Source: an uncultured Planctomycetales bacterium (GTDB lineage: Bacteria > Omnitrophota > Gorgyraeia > Gygaellales > Profunditerraquicolaceae). Taken from it: 64,000 nucleotides of DNA. Shown piece after piece: positions 56,678-64,000 of the stretch (its first letter is position 1; each line of letters opens with the position of its first letter). The translations under genes were made by a program, and so were the position numbers. The notes beneath the pieces were generated by a model. That model was not told the origin of the DNA and searched no databases. It saw only the letters and a program-made list of their open reading frames with translations. The stretch lies in the NCBI GenBank assembly GCA_964354795.1, contig CAYHBB010000037.1, positions 46,197 to 110,196 on the forward strand, given 5' to 3'.

Positions 56678-58037
56678 ATCTTTCTATATCGTCTTCTTCC
56701 ACGTAACTGCCGGTCTGCACCTCGACTATTTTTAAAGGGATATTCTTAGGGTTCTCCAGCCGGTGCTTTTTCCCCATGGGCACATAAATACTGTTATTGC
56801 TGGAAACCAACATCTGTTTAGAGCCGATTGTGACTTTGGCGCAGCCTGAAACCACCACCCAATGTTCGGCGCGCTTAACGTGTCTCTGGAGACTAAGGCG
56901 TTTTTTCGGGCTGATCTCGATCAACTTGATCTTAAACCCATCTGAGCTTTGCAGCACTGTAAATGACCCCCATGGCCTTTTCTCGGTCATATGAGTGATA
57001 TGCTCTTTTCTCTTACTTGACTTAAGGATATCCACAACCTTTTTTACATCTTGGGACTTATGCTTATCACAAACAAGCAGGGCATCCGGAGTATCTACAA
57101 TGATCATATCCTTAACGCCGACAAGCGAAATAAGCCTACCTCCCCGACTGAAGACACTCACTCCCCTACTATCCACCCCCAGGCAATCCGCCTGAATGAC
57201 ATTACCAGATTTGTCTTTAGGCAAAAGCGCGTTCATTGCATCCCAGCTCCCCAAGTCAGTCCAGTAGAAAGACGCCGGAATCAGAGCTATTTTATTTGAG
57301 TGCTCCATAATCCCGTAATCTACGGAGATAGGATCGATTTTTGACCAGACTTTTTCAATATCATCAACGGTGCGGATCATGCCAAGAAACGTATGCAACT
57401 TAGGCAGGTATTTACGTGTTTCATCAAGGAAAGTAGCAGCTTTCCAGACAAACATCCCGCTATTCCAGTAAAAACGCTTATCTTTAAAATATGCTTTTGC
57501 CTTCGGCAGATCCGGTTTCTCAAGGAACCTTTCAACCGCAAAATACCCGTTTTTCTTTAGGCCGGTTCTAATATACCCGTACCCAGTGGATGGATCTTGC
57601 GGTTTTATCCCTAAAGTAACCAGTAATCCACGGTTAGCTAACCCTATAGCTCTCTTTAAGCATTCCCTGAATTTATTGATATTTTTGATAAAGTGGTCGG
57701 AGGGTAAAACTATGAGGGTCGCCTCTTTATCGCGCCTGCTGATCAACTGCGCGCACAATCCGATTGCAGGAGCAGTATTTTTTCCCTGCGGCTCCAGAAT
57801 AATATTGGCCTCAGGAATACGGAATGCCACAACCTGATGCTTGACCTCATAGAGATACTTAAAATTAGTTACTATGAAGATATTCTTAGGCGCAACTACC
57901 TCATCGATACGCTTTATGGTATCCTGCAAAAGACTTTTATCGCCGATGATCTGCATGAACTGCTTAGGCTCAAGCTCCCGGCTAAACGGCCAAAAACGCG
58001 TCCCTGTGCCGCCGGCTAAAATCACTGCGTAATTCAC
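56655..58037 (-). CDS. manC: Mannose-1-phosphate guanylyltransferase / mannose-6-phosphate isomerase (bifunctional, with C-terminal cupin)
   Basis: AVILAGGTGTRFWPFSRELEPKQF N-terminus; C-terminal cupin HRLENP. Confidence 0.85.
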   Translation of the reverse strand: MNYAVILAGGTGTRFWPFSRELEPKQFMQIIGDKSLLQDTIKRIDEVVAPKNIFIVTNFKYLYEVKHQVVAFRIPEANIILEPQGKNTAPAIGLCAQLISRRDKEATLIVLPSDHFIKNINKFRECLKRAIGLANRGLLVTLGIKPQDPSTGYGYIRTGLKKNGYFAVERFLEKPDLPKAKAYFKDKRFYWNSGMFVWKAATFLDETRKYLPKLHTFLGMIRTVDDIEKVWSKIDPISVDYGIMEHSNKIALIPASFYWTDLGSWDAMNALLPKDKSGNVIQADCLGVDSRGVSVFSRGGRLISLVGVKDMIIVDTPDALLVCDKHKSQDVKKVVDILKSSKRKEHITHMTEKRPWGSFTVLQSSDGFKIKLIEISPKKRLSLQRHVKRAEHWVVVSGCAKVTIGSKQMLVSSNNSIYVPMGKKHRLENPKNIPLKIVEVQTGSYVEEDDIERFDDDFKR

Positions 58038-58996
58038 CTCAACATCTCCTTAACTTTATCAAAAACTTCTTCTACGCTGATGTTATCAAGCCCCGGTTTT
58101 TCAATGACAGCGCAATTTGCTGCCCAGGGCCCCCATCTTTTAGAAGTCTTGCCGGGAAGATCATTTCTAAATAGCGCTAAAACCGGGGTATTAACGCAAC
58201 AAGCCAGGTGCACCGGTCCACTATCCCCGGAAATAAGCAACCGGCAGCTCTTTAAAACCGCGGCTAGCTGCACCAGATCCGTCTTTGCGGATAAATCAAT
58301 CAGGCTTTTTCCAAATCCGGAGAATAAATCCCAGCTGCGGGCTGCTTCTTCTTTACCGCCGACAATCACCACATTAAGCTTAAGCTCTGAAATCAGTTTC
58401 TCTACTAAGCTGCGGAATCGATCAGGATGCCACTGCTTAACCGGGCCACTAGTCCATGGATGAACCGCAACCAAATTCTCTCGATTACCCAAACCCAGAC
58501 TTTTAATATAACTTATTATTATATCATTATTTAGGGATAAAGATAAGCTTAAATCCTTTGTAGTAGCACCCACCAAACTCACTAAATCAAGGTTATGTTC
58601 CACCTCATGTTTATGGCTTAGGGCCTTTTCGTCCTTTGCCTTTCTGTTCAGCAAAAATCCCCACTTGCGATTATATCCAAGGCGCACAGGTATTGCGGCA
58701 AAAAAACTGATAATATGCGATTCTTTAGAAGGGTTTAAAACCATGCATAAATCGAATTTCTTTCTCTTTAACCTACCGGAGAATTTAAGGACTTCCCCCA
58801 AACCATGTTTCGTATTCTTCCAGCCGATCACCTCATCCACTCCCTCAATGCACTGCGCAAGAGCCACAACATAAGGATCGACTACCAGCGTTAGGCGGCT
58901 ACCTGGGTTAGATACTTTAAGCGCGCGAAAAGCCGGAATGTTAAGCAAGAACTCTCCGAAACGGTCATTACGAAAAACGAGAATATTATTGAACAT
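58034..58996 (-). CDS. Glycosyltransferase family 9 (heptosyltransferase-like), second copy
   Basis: ILVFRNDRFGEFLLNIPAFRALK; GT9 C-terminal half. Confidence 0.75.
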   Translation of the reverse strand: MFNNILVFRNDRFGEFLLNIPAFRALKVSNPGSRLTLVVDPYVVALAQCIEGVDEVIGWKNTKHGLGEVLKFSGRLKRKKFDLCMVLNPSKESHIISFFAAIPVRLGYNRKWGFLLNRKAKDEKALSHKHEVEHNLDLVSLVGATTKDLSLSLSLNNDIIISYIKSLGLGNRENLVAVHPWTSGPVKQWHPDRFRSLVEKLISELKLNVVIVGGKEEAARSWDLFSGFGKSLIDLSAKTDLVQLAAVLKSCRLLISGDSGPVHLACCVNTPVLALFRNDLPGKTSKRWGPWAANCAVIEKPGLDNISVEEVFDKVKEMLR

Positions 58997-60149
58997 ATAG
59001 TTTTAGATATTCGTTTAACAGGTTATATGAAACAATCCCCAAGAATACTATATACGTCCCTGCTAATGGGAGAAAGATAAACTTAACTTTTCTTACCAGA
59101 TAAATTCCTTCTACTATCATATAAAATATGAAAGGCGCGATAAAAAGCGTAGCCCGGCAGCCAGTAAATGGATAAGCCTGCAGCACGCCCAGAACGAATA
59201 ATTCGCCCACCAAAACGGCACAAAGCCCCCGTAAATCAAAAAGCCCTCCCCTATTCTTCTTTAGGGAGCCGATAAAATATTTTACCATCGCTACCCAGCA
59301 AAAAGGCATAAAAACTGTAGCCACCCCCATTGCCCATTTCTTTTCCAGGGACCAACTGACCGTGATATTACGCATACCCTCGGTCAGAGATTTAAAGAAC
59401 TCATACGGCGACTGCGTGTTAATAAAATAATCTTTCCAATAGTCACGCATAGACGGGTTGCCTAGAGAAAAACGCAAATCAAAAATATAGCTAAGAATAA
59501 AACAGCTTAAAGTAAGCGCTAAATAAACACCAAGTAAAGAGAGAGCCTCTGTATTTTTCCTTATAATAACCACAAAATTATACCCCACAATCCAAAGCAT
59601 AAGCACACTTACGTATGAAAAAAACACCAGAAACGGAGTAACCACTACAAAAAACCACAACTTCTTTAAAGCGATCTCTCCTCGGGAAAATGCCGCCTGA
59701 TAATATACAAATAAAGTGATCAACGCAACGGCAAAAAGATCGCAGGAATACTGTTTAAACTCCGCGGCGTAATAAGTGGTAAAGTGGGAACAGGCTAAAG
59801 ACAGGCATAAAAGTATAAGAAAAAACCCAGTCTTAGCGGCGAGTCTATATATTTTTATCCAGATAGCTACACCGGCAAGCATGAATGCCAAGGGAAGGAA
59901 ACGCAAAGCCAGGACATCATAAGAAAATGGCTGGGATACTAGTTTTACCAGCGCAAGATACACTCTTGGGAATACCTGAGTATTCTTTAAAGGCCCAAAC
60001 AGCTGCAAAGAAGAAAAATCCCGGATGTTGGCAAAAAGCAAACCTTCGTCAAGCCATAGGGGCCGGCGCGAGAAATAATGCAGGAAACACAGAAATAAAA
60101 ACCATCCTGCAATAACCGCTATTGCATATTGAATAAATCTATTTTTCAT
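58986..60149 (-). CDS. Polytopic membrane GT-C family glycosyltransferase (ArnT/PMT-like)
   Basis: More than 10 predicted TM helices; first-loop motif PLWLDEGLLF. Confidence 0.55.
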   Translation of the reverse strand: MKNRFIQYAIAVIAGWFLFLCFLHYFSRRPLWLDEGLLFANIRDFSSLQLFGPLKNTQVFPRVYLALVKLVSQPFSYDVLALRFLPLAFMLAGVAIWIKIYRLAAKTGFFLILLCLSLACSHFTTYYAAEFKQYSCDLFAVALITLFVYYQAAFSRGEIALKKLWFFVVVTPFLVFFSYVSVLMLWIVGYNFVVIIRKNTEALSLLGVYLALTLSCFILSYIFDLRFSLGNPSMRDYWKDYFINTQSPYEFFKSLTEGMRNITVSWSLEKKWAMGVATVFMPFCWVAMVKYFIGSLKKNRGGLFDLRGLCAVLVGELFVLGVLQAYPFTGCRATLFIAPFIFYMIVEGIYLVRKVKFIFLPLAGTYIVFLGIVSYNLLNEYLKLYVQ

Positions 60150-61366
60150 TTTTCGGCAACGAGCTTCCTAAGGGACAAAGATACTCCGACTAAATACCAG
60201 AATATCATGGCAACGCGGGCATAATACAGGCTTGTTTCAGTAAGGCCGTTGACCAGAAAAGCGATAAAACAGGCAGCCAAAGATACGGTCACGACCTTCA
60301 GAAACTCATCATCAACCAAGCAGTATGTGCGCAGGTTATCGCGGAACAACACAAACAAAAACAAAAAGAATATCCCAAGCCCGAGCAATCCGGTTTCACC
60401 GGCCATCTGCAGGAAGTGATTATGCGCATACATGGAGTCACTTGTCTTTGCCCAATCCGGCTCAGGCAACTTGTAAGTCAGGTAATTCTTGGAAAAAGTA
60501 TTTACTCCCACCCCCACCACCGGATGGTGCTTGATCATATTAACCGCGTTCTTATAAACGCTGATCCTGTCATCATTAAGCATGAAACGGATAGGGTTGT
60601 AATTGACCTGCGCAGCCCAATCCCTGATATTTTGCGGCATAATAAAAGGAAACACCAAAAACAGGATGATTAAACCTGCAGACAAGACTTTTGATTTACG
60701 CATTAAACAGATAAATAAAACGCTGATATATAAAGCAAGAGCTGTCCCGCGGGAAAACGTCAACACTATGCCGATTACCGCAAAAGCGGCGCCTACCAGC
60801 ATGATGATCTTCTTCTTGCCTTTATAAAAAAACAAGGCCGGCCCGATAATCAGCGGCGCAATAGCGCTTAAATACACTCCGAATACATTGGCATTGGGAA
60901 ACGCCGCTGTTGCTCGCTTTAAGCCGATATTTAAGATCGGCTTAAAACCGCGGATAAAATCCTTTCCGAAAAATATCTGCCACAGCCCGTCGATAGAAGC
61001 AAGCGATGCTCCACAAAGCGCAGCGATTACTATGTGTTGGATGTGTTTCTTGTCTTTTATCTCCTCAGCACAGATCAAAAGTAAAAAGAAATTCTGCATC
61101 AGCCTGACCACTCCATGGACGCTTGACCAGAAATCTATGGTATTCTTAAAGGAAAATAACGCGGCGATGATCAAAAACAAAAGCTGCAGATTTACGGGTG
61201 TGGAGATAAACGGGCGCGTGCGGGTTATGATCTTCTTTAAGATAAATGACGCTGCCAACATCCCCATGAATGTGAAGGTCATGCCCGGCGCGATGGCAAT
61301 AGAGAAAGGAAGCATGACAATCGCCCAATAGAGCACAAAATCTATAACTTTAAGTGTCTTCTTCAT
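60146..61366 (-). CDS. O-antigen ligase (WaaL/Wzy_C) family membrane protein
   Basis: Polytopic; Wzy_C-type motif YAHNHFLQMAGETGLLGL. Confidence 0.7.
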   Translation of the reverse strand: MKKTLKVIDFVLYWAIVMLPFSIAIAPGMTFTFMGMLAASFILKKIITRTRPFISTPVNLQLLFLIIAALFSFKNTIDFWSSVHGVVRLMQNFFLLLICAEEIKDKKHIQHIVIAALCGASLASIDGLWQIFFGKDFIRGFKPILNIGLKRATAAFPNANVFGVYLSAIAPLIIGPALFFYKGKKKIIMLVGAAFAVIGIVLTFSRGTALALYISVLFICLMRKSKVLSAGLIILFLVFPFIMPQNIRDWAAQVNYNPIRFMLNDDRISVYKNAVNMIKHHPVVGVGVNTFSKNYLTYKLPEPDWAKTSDSMYAHNHFLQMAGETGLLGLGIFFLFLFVLFRDNLRTYCLVDDEFLKVVTVSLAACFIAFLVNGLTETSLYYARVAMIFWYLVGVSLSLRKLVAEK

Positions 61367-61370
61367 AGAT

Positions 61371-62081
61371 TTATCCTTTTATGCGGTATTTGATAATGCT
61401 AAAGATTGTGGCGATCCCGTCGTTTATACGGATCTTCTTACCCTCAGCGTAACTGCGCGGAGTATATTCTATAGGAACCTCAACAATACGCCAATTTCTC
61501 TTAAGGGCCTTGGCCACTATCTCAGCTTCAATGGTAAATGTCGAAGATGTAAGTTCGAGGTTCAAAAAATACTCTCTGCGGCACAACTTATAACAAGTAA
61601 AAAAATCATTCAGCTTGACACCGAACATGAAATTAAGGAACCCAGTGAGAAACCTATTTCCCATGCGGGGAACCAGCAGTCCGTGATACCCCTTAGTAAA
61701 TCTTGCGCCCATGACCAGATCCGCAAACCCTTTCTTCATCTCTTCCATCAGCTTCAGATATTCTTCCGGCTTATACTCCAAATCCGCGTCCTGCACGATC
61801 ACATACTCGCCTTTTGCGTGGGATAATCCCGTGATAAACGCAGACCCCTTACCGCGGTTCTTGGTATGATGGATCACCTTTATAATCGGAGAATTAATAC
61901 CCCTAAGGATCTTGCCTGTCCCGTCGCTTGAGCCGTCATCCACGACAACGATCTCTTTGTCGATATTCACCGCCTCCACCCTTTGCACCAGGGCTGCTAT
62001 CGTACTTGCTTCATTGTAAACCGGAATTATCACAGAAAGTAATGGCATGGTTATCCTCTTATGCTCAGAAAAATCGCCCAA
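61371..62081 (-). CDS. GT2 polyprenol-phosphate glycosyltransferase (DPM1/GtrB/ArnC-like)
   Basis: LSVIIPVYNEASTI ... VVVDDGSSDGT. Confidence 0.75.
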   Translation of the reverse strand: MGDFSEHKRITMPLLSVIIPVYNEASTIAALVQRVEAVNIDKEIVVVDDGSSDGTGKILRGINSPIIKVIHHTKNRGKGSAFITGLSHAKGEYVIVQDADLEYKPEEYLKLMEEMKKGFADLVMGARFTKGYHGLLVPRMGNRFLTGFLNFMFGVKLNDFFTCYKLCRREYFLNLELTSSTFTIEAEIVAKALKRNWRIVEVPIEYTPRSYAEGKKIRINDGIATIFSIIKYRIKG

Positions 62082-62749
62082 AGATATAATCTGATATATC
62101 CGGGCAGTAATTTAAATACCCGAAAGCTTGATTTACCCCTAGTCCTTTCTCTCCAGACCGTCGGCACCTCACCTATCTTAAACCCTTGAAAAAAAGCCTT
62201 TAAAGTTATCTCCATGGATATCTCAAACCCCTTAGCTTTTATCTCAACGCTTTGAATGACTTTTTTGCGGTACATCTTAAAAGCATTGGCAATGTCGTGC
62301 GTAGGAACGCCAATCAGATAATACATGGAGCGACCGGCAAAACCGGATAGAATTGCCTTAAAACGCGAACCGCCCAGCCTACCCCCTTCTTTTGCATAAC
62401 GGCAGCCGCAGGCCACGTCAAAACCCTGATTGATCTTATCCCATAACAACTTAATGGTCGATAAGTCATCGCACAAGTCGCCCATAACCGGCATAACTAC
62501 ATCACCACCCGAAGCGTCAAAACCGGTACGAATAGCGTTTGCAAAACCCTTATCGCGCTTATTCTCAACCAGCCTGACATTTTTGTATTTAATGGCCAAC
62601 CCGCTTACAATCTGCGCAGTTAAATCAGTAGAATGATCATTGACCACCACCAGCTCATGCTCAATAGCGACTGAACCTTCGACCTTAGTAATCACATCTT
62701 CGATATTTTCTTCTTCGTTATGCGCCGGGGTAATTATCGATAGCTTCAT
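62051..62749 (-). CDS. GT2 polyprenol-phosphate glycosyltransferase (DPM1/GtrB-like), second copy
   Basis: LSIITPAHNEEENI ... VVVNDHSTDLT. Confidence 0.75.
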   Translation of the reverse strand: MKLSIITPAHNEEENIEDVITKVEGSVAIEHELVVVNDHSTDLTAQIVSGLAIKYKNVRLVENKRDKGFANAIRTGFDASGGDVVMPVMGDLCDDLSTIKLLWDKINQGFDVACGCRYAKEGGRLGGSRFKAILSGFAGRSMYYLIGVPTHDIANAFKMYRKKVIQSVEIKAKGFEISMEITLKAFFQGFKIGEVPTVWRERTRGKSSFRVFKLLPGYIRLYLWAIFLSIRG

Positions 62750-64000
62750 TTCAGGATTTTATAAATACGTATTGTCTGGTTTGAGAACACAGAACTAAAT
62801 TTATCAGGGTGCGCCCTTACCCAGGCATCTTCCATAGGAAATTCTATATCCTTAGTCTGATGCAAAGAATAAACAAAGAGATAATCAGTTTCGCGCCTTA
62901 ATAAATTTGCTAGCCAAACCGAATAACTGCCACTAGCGCGGTAATTACCTTTTTCTTCAAAGCTTTTATGAACGCTAGAAAAGTCTTTTCCCCATCGGTA
63001 AAAGCTTTTCGGAAAGTAGTACAATTTCACCGGATCAGTAAAATTAACCGAAACATAAAAAACATTGTTCTTGAAATGCTCACCATACAGGGGAAACGGC
63101 ACCGGCCTTCCGGCATAGGCAATATTATTCCCGACGGTATTGGCATTCAGCCAATCCCAGGCCTTGGTCGCATCAGGCCAGAATCCGGTATATTTAGTCA
63201 TCTGACAATAGCTCTTAAACTCATTCTTGCTATAGCGGCCTGCCGCAACCCCTAAGACAAAGAGCGCAATAAGGATAACTATTGTAGCAAACCTGCTGAA
63301 GTTATTCTTTAGATATTTGTAACCGGGTAGAATTAGCAAGAATAAAATAAATGTAAGGCCCATAGAAACTCCCAGCTCAAGCCTCCGCGCCATCTCGTGG
63401 AACGCGGTAAACACGCAAACCAGCACCATCCAGCGCACAGCTTTTTTAGAGAAATTCACCCGACTCAGAACATAAAACGCCAAAATATACCCCAAGGCAA
63501 ACATGGGATAAATATAGCGCACATTAGGCAAAGCCACTAGATAGCGATAGGCCAGGAACATAAATATAAAACTTGCCAGCAATATTACTTCATACAATCT
63601 AATTTTTCTTTCCTTAAAAGTTAAATATATCAGCATTATAAGCCCCGGGATAATAAACAGGATCGTCCCGGCACCCATTCCCTCGCCAAAAAGTATATTG
63701 CTGATGCTGTATTCTTCGGGGCTTGCGAATACGGTAAAATTTCCCTTTTCCATGACACCTTTAAATATGACTTTGCCGAACACCTGAAACTCCAAAGGAT
63801 ACAAAGGATTTCCTGTAAGCAAGTAGTTGCGAATATAACTAAAGCCCCCTAGAGCAACTGCGGCAATGACAAAAATAAGCAGCGGCATGACAAAACCTGA
63901 CTCCGACTTATTCTTAAACAAAACATAGATAGAAAATAAGATCAGGATCAGGCTAAAATTCAAAGCAATGGTTTTTGTCCCGGCAAGAAGCCCTACCGAT
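62746..64000 (-). CDS. 5'-partial polytopic membrane protein, GT-C-like (ArnT/PMT-like) with periplasmic C-terminal domain; frame stays open past the right window edge
   Basis: The track start at 63963 is TTG, and the frame has no stop up to position 64000 (…SVGLLAGTKTIA-NFSLILIL…). Many TM helices. Confidence 0.5.
   Translation of the reverse strand, partial: SVGLLAGTKTIALNFSLILILFSIYVLFKNKSESGFVMPLLIFVIAAVALGGFSYIRNYLLTGNPLYPLEFQVFGKVIFKGVMEKGNFTVFASPEEYSISNILFGEGMGAGTILFIIPGLIMLIYLTFKERKIRLYEVILLASFIFMFLAYRYLVALPNVRYIYPMFALGYILAFYVLSRVNFSKKAVRWMVLVCVFTAFHEMARRLELGVSMGLTFILFLLILPGYKYLKNNFSRFATIVILIALFVLGVAAGRYSKNEFKSYCQMTKYTGFWPDATKAWDWLNANTVGNNIAYAGRPVPFPLYGEHFKNNVFYVSVNFTDPVKLYYFPKSFYRWGKDFSSVHKSFEEKGNYRASGSYSVWLANLLRRETDYLFVYSLHQTKDIEFPMEDAWVRAHPDKFSSVFSNQTIRIYKILK

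Overview
64 kb window of bacterial chromosome in which essentially every credible gene lies on the minus strand; tight overlaps suggest long operons. No rRNA, tRNA or CRISPR array seen. By eye GC is moderate (roughly 40-45%) with clear local heterogeneity. I read five blocks. (1) ~1-34.2 kb: a very large nonulosonic-acid (legionaminic/pseudaminic-like, 'ptm/leg/pse'-type) sugar biosynthesis and tailoring island. It has three NeuB-family synthases, two CMP-sugar cytidylyltransferases (one fused to a Gfo/Idh/MocA oxidoreductase), four DegT-type aminotransferases across the window, CBS-domain fusions, two B12-binding radical SAM enzymes, a PseA-like amidotransferase, an ACP-like protein, methyltransferases, acetyltransferases, an LmbE deacetylase, an ABC exporter and PseB/RmlD-like enzymes. 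It also holds three large unassigned GT-like proteins; one is a 3'-partial gene running off the left edge that the ORF track missed. (2) 34.2-40.5 kb: FAD oxidoreductase, wHTH regulator, membrane SGNH hydrolase, gap, and a tandem pair of galT-like genes, one with a mutated catalytic His. (3) 40.5-49.3 kb: an ORF6N (KilA-N-like) gene flanked by a repeated 15-bp-stem hairpin motif, then a toxin island. The island has a small secreted protein, a 2213-aa Sec-signal SpvB + FG-GAP + RHS/YD-repeat (Tc-toxin B/C-fusion-like) polymorphic toxin with an uncharacterised C-terminal domain after the DPxGH cleavage motif, and a small 2-TM candidate immunity gene. (4) fmt and a priA split at a T5C5 homopolymer whose helicase ATPase motifs are degenerate. 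(5) 52-64 kb: an LPS-core/lipid-glycosylation-like block (MGDG-synthase-like GT28, gmhB, GT2 x3, ArnB-like aminotransferase, GT9 heptosyltransferases x2, manC, O-antigen-ligase-family protein, two GT-C membrane transferases, the last 5'-partial at the right edge). I also report a conserved structured leader element shared by gap and gmhB and several intrinsic terminators. The ORF-track start codons are often TTG/over-extended; I adjusted a few.
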